Assembly: GCA_965279515.1 (NCBI GenBank) | Contig: CBDIID010000003.1 | Span: 4,416,001 to 4,480,000, forward strand | DNA length: 64,000 nucleotides | Direction of reading: 5' to 3' | Origin: Turneriella sp. | GTDB lineage: Bacteria > Spirochaetota > Leptospiria > Turneriellales > Turneriellaceae | In this document: positions 1 to 9,065 of the stretch, one piece after another | How positions within the stretch are numbered: position 1 is the stretch's first letter | Layout of the letters: every line of letters starts with the position of its first letter | Made by a program: the position numbers and the translations under genes | The notes under the pieces: model-generated | The model's database searches: none | Told to the model about the DNA's origin: nothing | What the model saw: only the letters and a program-made list of their open reading frames with translations

Positions 1-2
1 CG

Positions 3-131
3 CGCACTGAATTCCGTAAGTTAATTCCCGACGGTTTGCATCCCACACATGAAGGCAAAAAGATGATGGCAGAACGCCTCAAGAAAGAAATGCCGCGTAT
101 TCTGGCGGCCTACGCCAAATTCCGCAAATAA
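3..131 (+). CDS. C-terminal fragment of an SGNH/GDSL hydrolase (5' truncated by window edge)
   Basis: Frame 3 reads RTEFRKLIPDGLHPTHEGKKMMAERLKKE...RK*. DGLHP matches the SGNH block V DxxH motif. Confidence 0.7.
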   Translation, partial: RTEFRKLIPDGLHPTHEGKKMMAERLKKEMPRILAAYAKFRK

Positions 132-138
132 AAAACTG

Positions 139-222
139 TGCCCAAAGGGGGACTTGAACCCCCACGAGGTTGCCCTCACTAGTACCTGAAACTAGCGCGT
201 ATACCAATTCCGCCATCTGGGC
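139..222 (-). tRNA. tRNA-Leu(CAG)
   Basis: Reverse complement is GCCCAGATGGCGGAATTGGTATACGCGCTAGTTTCAGGTACTAGTGAGGGCAACCTCGTGGGGGTTCAAGTCCCCCTTTGGGCA. It has an acceptor stem, D loop, anticodon stem CTAGT/ACTAG with CAG, a long variable arm and a TTCAA T loop. CCA is not encoded. Confidence 0.97.
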
Positions 223-289
223 AGCGGTGTCGATAGGCACTGAATGCACCCACCGGCAGTAAATCCTTGTTTTTGAGACAGGCCGTCAA

Positions 290-1036
290 TCAGTTGGCGA
301 AACTGACGGCACCAATCGCCTCGTGGATGGCCTGGCGTACCTGCAGGTCTGTTTCTACCTGGAAGGCGCGCTCGAGATCACCCAAAGTCTCTTTATTCTT
401 ATAATCACCGAGTATCTCTGCTGCGCGCAGGCGCGCCGCGCGGTCTGAACTCAGGAGAATCTTGCTGAGCGCAAGCGCATGTTCGACTTTTCCGGCCTCA
501 TGCTGCAGCACGGTATTCAGCATTTCAGCACGGGTATAGTCGTCTTTTTCGCCGGCGATTTTACCGGCAACCTCTGCCGAAGCCGCCTTATCGTTGATGT
601 CAAAGAGGGCGCGCGCGGCCTGGCGGCGCAGCAGGGTCTCTTTGTCGGTGAGAAAGGGTGAAATCGTCTTAATGTCAGCCTTGTTAGCTATACTCCCCAG
701 CGCGCGTATGGTGGCGCCCTTGACGAAGACATCTTGCTCTTTGGCCAGCAGTGCCAGCAAGGGCTCGCGCGCCTCGGGTGCTTTCAGGCGGCCTAAAGCA
801 TTGGCACTTTCACGGCGCAGCGTGGCGTTTTCTTTGCCGTCTTTTTTCAGGTGTTCGATGATCGGGTAGACGCAAGTGTGTATCTTGCTCACCGCGCACT
901 CACGTATGGCGTGCATCTGGCGGCTCTCGCTGTCTTGCCCGGCCTCAAAGGCGCGCTTGGTATGGTATTCGCCCCGTGTTTCGGCATAGAGGGCCGCCGC
1001 GAGCGATGTGACAATAAAAAATAAGGTCCGTTTCAT
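290..1036 (-). CDS. Secreted HEAT/PBS-lyase repeat protein
   Basis: Likely start is ATG 1036 (MKRTLFFIVTSLAAALYA signal peptide). Repeated R..A..ALG.. helical pairs. Confidence 0.8.
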   Translation of the reverse strand: MKRTLFFIVTSLAAALYAETRGEYHTKRAFEAGQDSESRQMHAIRECAVSKIHTCVYPIIEHLKKDGKENATLRRESANALGRLKAPEAREPLLALLAKEQDVFVKGATIRALGSIANKADIKTISPFLTDKETLLRRQAARALFDINDKAASAEVAGKIAGEKDDYTRAEMLNTVLQHEAGKVEHALALSKILLSSDRAARLRAAEILGDYKNKETLGDLERAFQVETDLQVRQAIHEAIGAVSFAN

Positions 1037-1133
1037 GCCACGAACTACGACAATGCGGCGCGCCGTCAACGGTTTACCGGGGTGGCCACGCGGAAATGTC
1101 TTGCCGCCGTCCCTGTGGGAGAAAACATCGGGT

Positions 1134-1787
1134 GTGCTGCGTGCGCGCTTTTGGTTATGGGTCATCGTTTTCGCAGGTTGCGCTGAAAATCGCCTGCGCA
1201 CGTTTATGCTTATCCAGACGCCGGGTGCCGCGGCGGAACGGAAGGATAAGAAAAAGGGCGAGATTGAACTTTCACCGAAGCCCCTGCGCCTAACGATGAT
1301 CGCCCCGGAGAGCGAAGATCTCGAAAATCTCGCGGAGGACTTAAAGCTGGCTGCGCCGGCAAAATACCACCGGCTGCCCCCACTGACATTCCTGCGTTTT
1401 GAATTCGAAAACAAGACGGCGCTGCACTGGAAACTCGATCTCGCCGGGGCGTCGTTCACAGAGCCCAATGGAAAAGTTTACAAGGCGGTTGCGGCGAAAG
1501 AGTATGCGGAGCGCTTTACCTCCGTTGCTTACGACCACTTCCGTTATGATGCGATGTATTCCGCGTATATCACGAAGCATGATAACCAGGTGCCCAAAGA
1601 ATCATTCTGGTTTGAAAAAGCGCCTCCGCACGAGGCCGTTGTTTTGCGCCGCGGGGATGCAGGGTTTCAGATTATACCGTTTGAATTTATTCCCGCGGGT
1701 GTGCAGGATCTCACCTTTCGATATCCCATCGACGATAAGAATTTCCGCGAACTGAAAATCCGCCTCAATACGGAACGGAGTTCCTGA
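1134..1787 (+). CDS. Hypothetical lipoprotein
   Basis: Within ORF 1008..1787. A GTG start at 1134 gives MLRARFWLWVIVFAGC (lipobox-like). Start is uncertain. Confidence 0.6.
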   Translation: MLRARFWLWVIVFAGCAENRLRTFMLIQTPGAAAERKDKKKGEIELSPKPLRLTMIAPESEDLENLAEDLKLAAPAKYHRLPPLTFLRFEFENKTALHWKLDLAGASFTEPNGKVYKAVAAKEYAERFTSVAYDHFRYDAMYSAYITKHDNQVPKESFWFEKAPPHEAVVLRRGDAGFQIIPFEFIPAGVQDLTFRYPIDDKNFRELKIRLNTERSS

Positions 1788-1813
1788 AGCAATTGTGATG
1801 AGTTAACCGAACC

Positions 1814-2431
1814 ATGGAAATCCGCCTCATCATTTTTACTGCTCTCGTTTTGGCAGCCGTGCTGACAAAACTTCTCTGGCCGCGCGCATATAATATTTTC
1901 AAACTTTTGCCGCTGCTCTTCATTCTCGCGCTGGCTTTTCTCAGGCCACAAAATATCAATACGTTATGGCTGGCGGCGATTTCGTTTGGCCTTGCCGGTG
2001 ATGCGATACTGCTCAGCGATAAGGGCTTTGTGCCCGGGCTATTAAGTTTTCTCATCGGGCATATTTTTTACATTTTCGCATTTGCGCGCGAAGGCGGAGG
2101 GCTTTATTATACGCCGCCTTTAATACTCGGTGTGGGTTCTATCATCATAGGAGTTTCTGCCTATTTTACAAAACGCCTGTTGCAATCGCGCCAGAGAAAA
2201 TACATCCTGCCTGTAATCATTTACACCTTTATTTCCGGGCTTTTTGTGATGAATGCATTTCGTTTTCCGATTTTGTCGGCCGCGGTTTGCGCAGCGGTGA
2301 GTTTTGGCGTGTCAGATTTTTTGTTGGCTTTTAACAAGTTCATTCGTCCAAGTTGGTATGTGCAGGCGGGAGTATCACTCACCTACTATGGGGCACAGTG
2401 GCTGCTCGCGCTGCATTTTCGATCTCTCTAA
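1814..2431 (+). CDS. YhhN family membrane protein (lysoplasmalogenase-like)
   Basis: Multi-TM protein with GDxxL, F..GL.SFLIGHIFY, SDFLLA..KF and TYY.AQ motifs typical of YhhN/TMEM86. Confidence 0.85.
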   Translation: MEIRLIIFTALVLAAVLTKLLWPRAYNIFKLLPLLFILALAFLRPQNINTLWLAAISFGLAGDAILLSDKGFVPGLLSFLIGHIFYIFAFAREGGGLYYTPPLILGVGSIIIGVSAYFTKRLLQSRQRKYILPVIIYTFISGLFVMNAFRFPILSAAVCAAVSFGVSDFLLAFNKFIRPSWYVQAGVSLTYYGAQWLLALHFRSL

Positions 2432-2473
2432 AAGAGACGAACAACCGAACAATGCGATTTAGGGGGATTTAAA

Positions 2474-2794
2474 ATGGAGCATGTACGTATCACTCGTGTG
2501 CAGGTATTCCCGCAGGTAGACGGCAAGAATACCCTGGGTTATGCCCACGTGACACTTTCAGACGCTTTCGTCGTCAAAAATCTACGCCTCGTGAAAGGCC
2601 GTAAGGGAGTATTTATCGGCATGCCGTCTTTTCGCCTGAGAAACGGCGAATACGCGGATGTCTTTTTCCCGGTTTCCCGCGAAGCGCGCTCACTGCTCAC
2701 CGAAGCGGTGGTCAACGCCTTCCGCGACGAGCATCCTGAAATTATGGAAGGCCTCGAGGTCTATGACGCGGACTCAGCGGCGGTACCGGCTTAA
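2474..2794 (+). CDS. spoVG: SpoVG family nucleic-acid-binding protein
   Basis: ITRVQV...A.VTL.DAFVV.NLRLV.G..G.FIGMPS.....GEY.DVFFPV matches SpoVG. Confidence 0.9.
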   Translation: MEHVRITRVQVFPQVDGKNTLGYAHVTLSDAFVVKNLRLVKGRKGVFIGMPSFRLRNGEYADVFFPVSREARSLLTEAVVNAFRDEHPEIMEGLEVYDADSAAVPA

Positions 2795-2804
2795 TGCCGG
2801 TTTT
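2785..2804 (+). terminator. Possible intrinsic terminator overlapping the spoVG stop
   Basis: ACCGGC-TTAAT-GCCGGT followed by TTT. Confidence 0.4.
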
Positions 2805-2929
2805 GCGCACCTGTGACGCGGTAAAATAAGCGCCATCCGGTCGTATAAAATAGATTTTTACGTCCGGAGTCGCTTTTCCACACGTATCCTAAGGGGCGTC
2901 TTCAAGGCGTTCCACAGGAGACAATACAA

Positions 2930-3256
2930 ATGAAGAAAGTTTCAATGATTCTCGTAGCCGTTGCTTTTGCAGTAACAGGTATCTCAGCTGGCAAAATGGG
3001 CACAGCAGAGAAAGAATGCCGTAAGAAAGCAGACGAAGCGTTTGCAAGCGCAAAAACAGCGCATAAAGACGGTCTGAAAGATTGCAAAACTAAAAAAGGC
3101 CAAGAGAAGAAAGATTGCAACAAAAATGTGAACGACGCTTTCAAAGAAGCGAAAAAAGCGAAAGACGAAGCATACAAACAGTGCAAGTCACTCGCTAGCG
3201 TTCCAGAAGTTCCGTCTGTTCCAGGCGCACCTTCTATCCCAGGCATGGGAAAATAA
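2930..3256 (+). CDS. Small secreted Lys-rich helical protein with 4 Cys
   Basis: Good RBS (CAGGAG), signal peptide, C-x21-C-x10-C-x21-C pattern, Pro-rich tail and its own terminator. Confidence 0.85.
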   Translation: MKKVSMILVAVAFAVTGISAGKMGTAEKECRKKADEAFASAKTAHKDGLKDCKTKKGQEKKDCNKNVNDAFKEAKKAKDEAYKQCKSLASVPEVPSVPGAPSIPGMGK

Positions 3257-3266
3257 TTTCCCTTCG

Positions 3267-3297
3267 AAACATCCCGGTAATACCGGGATGTTTTTTT
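3267..3297 (+). terminator. Rho-independent terminator
   Basis: AAACATCCCGGT-AAT-ACCGGGATGTTT followed by a T tract. Confidence 0.9.
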
Positions 3298-3444
3298 CTT
3301 TCATCCTCGTAATTTTACTCCCGGTCTTCTTCCTCCTTATCGTCCAACGTTTTTAAATCAGGCTCTTTTCGGCTTCGCCGCAATTTTGGTAATATTCTTT
3401 CCAATCTGACCATTGCAGGTTAACCATGTAGTGATGAACTCCAA

Positions 3445-3494
3445 TATAATAGTAGATTCTTTATTCTTTATAAAAAAGGATCGTTTTATCCTTT
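3445..3494 (+). promoter_or_regulatory. TATAAT -10 box followed by a palindromic operator upstream of the cco operon
   Basis: TATAAT at 3445-3450. Perfect inverted repeat AAAGGAT-N6-ATCCTTT at 3475-3494. A weaker copy AGTAGAT-N6-TTCTTTA lies at 3451-3470. Confidence 0.55.
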
Positions 3495-3527
3495 ACTGAT
3501 TGTGACGGCTTTTTTCTTGGTCTTAGC

Positions 3528-5939
3528 ATGGTGGCGGGAATCATCACGACGGATAAGGCAGCCATAACCCAGTGCGCACACTGTGGTGCGGCCGGAGCTG
3601 CCATTGTCATACAGCAAAAACATTTTTGTTGCGAAGGCTGTAGTCGTGTCTACGCGATACTTAAGGAACAGAACCTGCTCGGGTATTATGACTTCCCGGC
3701 CAACAATCTCGAATCGCTGAAAGATCGTCCCGCCGCAGACTTTGGTTATTGCGACGGTGACTGGTTCAGGCGTACGTTCACCACCCCTGCGGGTAATGGC
3801 GCCTATTCGATCAGGCTCAGGCTGCCGGCAATCCATTGCGCCGCCTGCGTGTGGCTCCTTGAAAAGCTGCCAGAGATGCTGCCTGGCGTTACGGCTGCGC
3901 GCATTAATTATCTCGCCAAAGAAATACAGCTCACAGCCACCGAGTCTCTCAGTACGGGCAAGCTGATCCAATTCATCGCTGAGCTCGGGTATACTCCCGA
4001 TTTTTCCCCCGAGTCGCCGCGCCGGCGTGCGCTTTCGGCTTACGATAAAGGCTTACTCAAGCGTATGGCGGTTGCCGCATTCGGTTTTGGTAACGCGATG
4101 CTGTTTAGCTTTCCGGAGTATTTTTCAGAACGTCTTGAGGGACGTTTCCAGCTGACCTTCATGGTCCTCAATGTCGCACTTTCTTCTTTCGTATTGATCT
4201 ATTCCGCCGGTGAATTTTTTAGCAATGCGTTCCGCGCGCTGCGCCGCAGGAAAATTATCCTCGATCTGCCCATTGCGGTCGGCATCACGGCGATGTTCGC
4301 GCGCAGCCTGATCGAAATCGTGCGCGGCGTGAGCTCGGGTTATTTCGACACTTTTGCCGGGCTGATCTTTTTCCTGCTCATCGGTCGTTATGTGCAGAGC
4401 CGCTCGTACAGCTGGCTGAACTTTGAACGCGACAATTTGCTCTTTCTGCCTTTGGCGGTGCGCGTGCGTAAAGACGGCGTTGAGCAGATCTCTCCGGTGC
4501 AGGGCCTCGTGCGCGGAGATACGGTAAGGCTTCTGAACGGTGAAATTGCGCCGACACGCTGCCGCCTGTTGTCAGCCGACGGTGCCGCTGATTATGCTTT
4601 TACGACGGGTGAGTCCATGCCGGTGCAGCTCAAAGCCGGCGATTATTTTGAAGCCGGCGGCAGGGTAGTGGGTCATTCACTCGAACTCGAAGTCATCGAA
4701 GAAGTCGATCAGGCACGCATCAACCGCATCTGGGAAGAAGCGGGCACGCAGGCCGTCGAATTCCAAAAAGAGAGTTCATTCGCCGATAAGGTGCTTCCCT
4801 GGTTTACAGGCGCAGTCGCCGCGACTGCGCTCGGGGGACTTTTTTACTGGCTGGGCAGTGATTCTGCTAAGGCCTGGAATGCATTTTCTGCAGTGCTCGT
4901 CATCACCTGCCCCTGCGCCCTGGCGATGGCCAAACCATTTTCATTCTTTACTACGCAGAGCGTTCTCGGCCGGGCAGGCCTTTTCCTTAAGGGCGCGGCA
5001 GTCGTGGAAAAATTCTTTTCGGTTAAAAACATTGTTTTTGATAAGACTGGCACGCTGACGAACTCCGGCGCGTACGATACATCGTTTACACCCGCGGCAG
5101 AACCACTGCAGGAAAATCACGCAGCGGCGCTGAAAGCGCTCGCCAACCAGTCTTCGCATCCGCTGAGCCGTGCCATCCATGCCTATTTACCGCAGGCCGA
5201 GGCGGCCGTTGACGGCTTTACCGAGAAGCCGGGCCATGGCCTTGCGGGCCGCGTCGCCGGCCATGACTACCTGCTCGGTTCGGCGGCCTGGCTTTCGGGT
5301 CAGGGCATTGCCGTTGTGGCCGTTGCCGATTCAGGCAGCAATGTCTTTGCGGCGGTCGACGGCCGCTTTCTCGGCCGTTTTTTGATCCAGAACCGTTCGC
5401 GGGAAAACCTCCAGCAAACTGTATCGAAGCTTACCCCGGCATACAACCTCGCCCTGGTATCGGGCGACAGCGAGCGCGAACGGGGCCGCTTCGAACAGAT
5501 TTTCCCCGCGGGATCAGAGATTCATTTTAATGCATCACCCGAAGCGAAGGCAGAAATTATCCGCCAGACTTCGCTGCGCGGCAAGACGATGATGATCGGC
5601 GACGGCCTGAACGATGCCGATGCGCTCAGGGCTGCTGATCTGGGAATAGCCATCAGCGAAAACCAGGCAAACTTTTCCCCGGCAAGCGATGCAATTCTCG
5701 CCGCGCGCTCGTTCGGCCTGTTGCCCCGCCTTCTGAAACAGGCGCGGCAGGCAAAAACTACGGCAATTGCGGCATACATGATTTCCTTAGGCTACAACAT
5801 CTTTGGCGTCAGTGTCGCTCTCAAAGGCGACCTGACGCCGCTTTTCTGCGCGGTGCTCATGCCATTGAGTTCCCTGAGTGTCATCAGCTTCACGTTTCTT
5901 TCGGCCCGCCTCGGGGCACGGTTCAGGGGGCTGGTCTGA
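3528..5939 (+). CDS. ccoI: Heavy-metal (Cu) P1B-type ATPase for cbb3 oxidase maturation (CcoI/FixI)
   Basis: N-terminal CAHC/FCCEGC and CAAC metal motifs; TGES, CPC, DKTGT, HP and GDGLND motifs; first gene of the cco cluster. Confidence 0.93.
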   Translation: MVAGIITTDKAAITQCAHCGAAGAAIVIQQKHFCCEGCSRVYAILKEQNLLGYYDFPANNLESLKDRPAADFGYCDGDWFRRTFTTPAGNGAYSIRLRLPAIHCAACVWLLEKLPEMLPGVTAARINYLAKEIQLTATESLSTGKLIQFIAELGYTPDFSPESPRRRALSAYDKGLLKRMAVAAFGFGNAMLFSFPEYFSERLEGRFQLTFMVLNVALSSFVLIYSAGEFFSNAFRALRRRKIILDLPIAVGITAMFARSLIEIVRGVSSGYFDTFAGLIFFLLIGRYVQSRSYSWLNFERDNLLFLPLAVRVRKDGVEQISPVQGLVRGDTVRLLNGEIAPTRCRLLSADGAADYAFTTGESMPVQLKAGDYFEAGGRVVGHSLELEVIEEVDQARINRIWEEAGTQAVEFQKESSFADKVLPWFTGAVAATALGGLFYWLGSDSAKAWNAFSAVLVITCPCALAMAKPFSFFTTQSVLGRAGLFLKGAAVVEKFFSVKNIVFDKTGTLTNSGAYDTSFTPAAEPLQENHAAALKALANQSSHPLSRAIHAYLPQAEAAVDGFTEKPGHGLAGRVAGHDYLLGSAAWLSGQGIAVVAVADSGSNVFAAVDGRFLGRFLIQNRSRENLQQTVSKLTPAYNLALVSGDSERERGRFEQIFPAGSEIHFNASPEAKAEIIRQTSLRGKTMMIGDGLNDADALRAADLGIAISENQANFSPASDAILAARSFGLLPRLLKQARQAKTTAIAAYMISLGYNIFGVSVALKGDLTPLFCAVLMPLSSLSVISFTFLSARLGARFRGLV

Positions 5940-6157
5940 TGGAGGCACTGTTTATCCTCCTCATATTCAGTCTCATACTCGGCGTCGGGTTTCTGGCCGC
6001 ATTTTTCTGGGCGCAGCGCAACGGGCAGTTTGAGGATACGGAAACGCCGGCAATGCGCATGCTGTTCGATGAAGCCGACGCCGAAAGAGAAAAGACGCTG
6101 CAACGCAATATATCTTCCCTTCAGAAAACAAAAACAGGAGATTATCATGGCAGGTGA
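5939..6157 (+). CDS. ccoS: cbb3 oxidase assembly protein CcoS
   Basis: Single TM followed by FFWA..NGQFED.ETPAMRML. Confidence 0.92.
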   Translation: MEALFILLIFSLILGVGFLAAFFWAQRNGQFEDTETPAMRMLFDEADAEREKTLQRNISSLQKTKTGDYHGR

Positions 6158-8276
6158 AACATCGGTTATGGAGACGTTTGAATACGATAATAATATCGTA
6201 CGCAAATTTGCTCTGGCGACCATTGTCTGGGGCATTGTCGGAATGCTGGTCGGAATCGTCATTGCGGTTCTGCTCTACATTCCCGACCTTCTCGGGCATG
6301 TGTCGTTTCTTTCATTCGGGCGTTTAAGGCCACTACACACAAATGCGGTCGTTTTCGCGTTTGCGGGTAATGCGCTCTTTTTAGGCGTCTATTATTCGCT
6401 TCAGCGTCTGTTGAAGGCAAGGATGTATTCCGACATCCTATCGAATATCCACTTCTGGGGCTGGCAGCTGATTATCGTTTCAGCCGCATTGACTTTACCG
6501 TTCGGTATCACGACGAGTAAAGAATACGCAGAACTTGAGTGGCCGATCGACATCGCCATCGCTGTGATTTGGGTCGTGTTCGGCCTCAACATGCTGATGA
6601 CGATTCTGAACCGCCGTGAAAAGCATCTCTATGTTGCGGTATGGTTTTATATCGCGACCTTCGTTACAGTCGCGATGCTCCATATCGGAAACTCGCTGGC
6701 GATTCCTGTGTCATTCCTGAAAAGCTACTCGGTTTATGCCGGGGTACAGGATGCCCTGGTACAATGGTGGTATGGACACAATGCCGTGGCGTTCTTTTTA
6801 ACGACGCCGTTTCTCGGTATCATGTACTATTTTATCCCCAAGGCGGCCAACCGCCCTGTCTATTCCTATAAACTGTCGATCGTCCACTTCTGGGGCCTCG
6901 TGTTTATTTATATCTGGGCGGGTCCGCACCACTTGCTCTACACATCATTGCCCGACTGGGCGCAATCCCTCGGGACCGCGTTCTCGGTGATGTTGATTGC
7001 TCCCTCGTGGGGCGGTATGATCAACGGTCTTCTGACATTGCGCGGCGCCTGGGATCGTGTGCGTCAGGATCCGGTTCTGAAGTTCATGGTGGTGGGCGTC
7101 ACCGCTTATGGTATGTCGACATTCGAAGGGCCGATGATGTCGCTCAAGAACGTCAACGCGCTCACACACTACACCGACTATGTGATCGGACACGTGCATC
7201 TTGGCGCGCTGGCCTGGAACGGTGGTCTTGCCTCGGCGATGCTGTACTACATCATTCCGCGCATTTACGGTAAGCCGCTTTACAGCATGCGCATGGCGAA
7301 CTTCCATTTCTGGATTTCAACCATCGGTATCGTTTTCTACGCGATTCCCATGTACTGGGGCGGTATCACGCAGAGCCTGATGTGGAAACAGTTCACCGCG
7401 CAGGGCACGCTGCTTTACCCTAACTTTCTCGATACCGTGACACAGATCATTCCGATGTATGTCATTCGTTCTGTGGGTGGAACCATGTATTTCCTCGGAT
7501 TCGTGGTGCTGGCCTACAACATGCTGAAGACGATCCGTTCCGGAATTTTCGTGCCGGCCGAAAGCGCCAGTGCGCCGTCGCTGCGGTCTGTCATGGCGCA
7601 TCACGAGAAATCGAAATATAAGCACCGCATTCTGGAGCGCAAACCCTTGGTGTTTACAGCGCTGACACTCGTTGCCGTTCTCATCGGCGGCGTAATCGAG
7701 TTTGTGCCGGTGGCGATGGTGCGTTCGAATATCCCGACTATTGCCAGTGTGAGGCCGTATAGCCCGCTCGAGCTCGAGGGCCGCGACCTTTATATCCGTG
7801 AAGGCTGCAATAACTGCCATTCGCAGATGATACGTCCGTTCCGCTCGGAGACCGAACGTTACGGCGAATACTCGAAGGCCGGTGAATTCGTTTACGACCA
7901 CCCGTTTCTCTGGGGATCTAAGCGCACCGGGCCCGACCTGCACCGTATAGGCGGCAAGTACAACCATGCATGGCACTTCCAGCACATGAAAGATCCGCGC
8001 ATCACATCGCCCGGTTCAATCATGCCGGCATACCCGTGGCTGTTCGATAATACGCTCGATACGTCGCTCACCACTAAAAAGGTGCGTGCGCTGACAAAAA
8101 TCGGCGTGGATTACCCGCCGTTCTACGATAGCAAAGCTCTGACCGACCTCAATGTTCAGGCCGGCCAGATCGCGGATGCCCTGAAAAAGGACAACATGCC
8201 GATCGCCGCAGATAAGGAAATTGTCGCGGTCATTGCATACCTGCAGCGCCTCGGTACGGACATTAAGGCCAAGTGA
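6147..8276 (+). CDS. ccoN: Fused cbb3-type cytochrome c oxidase subunits I and II (CcoNO)
   Basis: GRLRPLHTN, QWWYGHNAV, WAGPHHL and GHVH motifs (CcoN), then EGCNNCHSQMIRP and WGSKRTGPDL (CcoO) in one frame. RBS AGGAG precedes ATG 6147. Confidence 0.97.
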   Translation: MAGETSVMETFEYDNNIVRKFALATIVWGIVGMLVGIVIAVLLYIPDLLGHVSFLSFGRLRPLHTNAVVFAFAGNALFLGVYYSLQRLLKARMYSDILSNIHFWGWQLIIVSAALTLPFGITTSKEYAELEWPIDIAIAVIWVVFGLNMLMTILNRREKHLYVAVWFYIATFVTVAMLHIGNSLAIPVSFLKSYSVYAGVQDALVQWWYGHNAVAFFLTTPFLGIMYYFIPKAANRPVYSYKLSIVHFWGLVFIYIWAGPHHLLYTSLPDWAQSLGTAFSVMLIAPSWGGMINGLLTLRGAWDRVRQDPVLKFMVVGVTAYGMSTFEGPMMSLKNVNALTHYTDYVIGHVHLGALAWNGGLASAMLYYIIPRIYGKPLYSMRMANFHFWISTIGIVFYAIPMYWGGITQSLMWKQFTAQGTLLYPNFLDTVTQIIPMYVIRSVGGTMYFLGFVVLAYNMLKTIRSGIFVPAESASAPSLRSVMAHHEKSKYKHRILERKPLVFTALTLVAVLIGGVIEFVPVAMVRSNIPTIASVRPYSPLELEGRDLYIREGCNNCHSQMIRPFRSETERYGEYSKAGEFVYDHPFLWGSKRTGPDLHRIGGKYNHAWHFQHMKDPRITSPGSIMPAYPWLFDNTLDTSLTTKKVRALTKIGVDYPPFYDSKALTDLNVQAGQIADALKKDNMPIAADKEIVAVIAYLQRLGTDIKAK

Positions 8277-8282
8277 GGATAC

Positions 8283-8474
8283 ATGATTTCAAAAGTACTC
8301 AATGATATTAACGGAGTCGCCATCTACCCGGTGGCGACGTTGATTATCTTCTTCACCATTTTCGGATTTATGCTGGTGAAGGTAATGTTGCGCAAAAAAT
8401 CCGATGACGACGCGATGGCGCATTTGCCGCTCGAAGACGGCATTACGGCAAAGCGGGAGGCGAACCATGGATAA
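8283..8474 (+). CDS. ccoQ: cbb3 oxidase subunit CcoQ
   Basis: 63 aa single-TM protein with a MA.LPLED motif, located between ccoO and ccoP. Confidence 0.8.
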   Translation: MISKVLNDINGVAIYPVATLIIFFTIFGFMLVKVMLRKKSDDDAMAHLPLEDGITAKREANHG

Positions 8475-9042
8475 GAGAAGCGAACAAGACAAGTTGATGG
8501 ATCATGAATACGACGGTATACGCGAGCTCGACAACCACATGCCGCGCTGGTGGGTTCTCGGGTTTTATTTTACCATCATATTCGGGGTCGCCTACGTGAT
8601 CTACTATCACTTTGCCGGCGGGCCGCTGTCAGGCAAAGAATATGAACTCGAAATGGCCGCGGCATCGCCGAAAAAAGCGGAGCAGGTGCAGGTCGCAGAT
8701 ACCAAACTGAAACCGCTGACCGACGCCGCTTCGCTTGCGGCAGGCGAGAAACTGTTCGTTTCGCAGACCTGCTCGGCCTGCCATAGCCCAAACCTCGGCG
8801 GCCTTGTTGGTCCCAACCTGACCGACGATTTCTGGATTCACGGTTGTGATTACACCGCTGTCATGGCGAATGTCAGCAAGGGCTTTACGCAGAAAGGCAT
8901 GATGCCCTTCGGCAACGGAAAACCACTTGCCGAGACCGAGCTACAGCAGCTGGTGAGTTATATCTTCTCGAAAAAGGGGACGAATCCCGCCGGAGCCAAG
9001 GCAATCGATCCCGAGCGCGAGAAGAAATGCGCCGCGAAATAG
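8467..9042 (+). CDS. ccoP: cbb3 oxidase subunit III (monoheme CcoP)
   Basis: HEYDGIRELDN.MPRWW N-terminus, one CSACH heme motif and GPNLTD..WIHG. RBS GGAGG precedes ATG 8467. Confidence 0.93.
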   Translation: MDKRSEQDKLMDHEYDGIRELDNHMPRWWVLGFYFTIIFGVAYVIYYHFAGGPLSGKEYELEMAAASPKKAEQVQVADTKLKPLTDAASLAAGEKLFVSQTCSACHSPNLGGLVGPNLTDDFWIHGCDYTAVMANVSKGFTQKGMMPFGNGKPLAETELQQLVSYIFSKKGTNPAGAKAIDPEREKKCAAK

Positions 9043-9065
9043 TTTAGCCCTGAAAGGAGGGGAAT

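Noticed and set aside
139..222. tRNA-Leu as an island integration site, and its missing CCA
   Set aside because: No integrase or duplicated tRNA 3' end seen. Non-encoded CCA is common.
1037..1468. N-terminal extension of ORF 290..1468
   Set aside because: Overlaps the opposite-strand lipoprotein gene; the signal peptide begins at ATG 1036.
3310..3427. Short minus-strand ORFs (24 and 32 aa) upstream of ccoI
   Set aside because: No RBS or recognisable motif; cannot be supported.
3400..3527. FNR box for the cco operon
   Set aside because: No TTGAT-N4-ATCAA match found.
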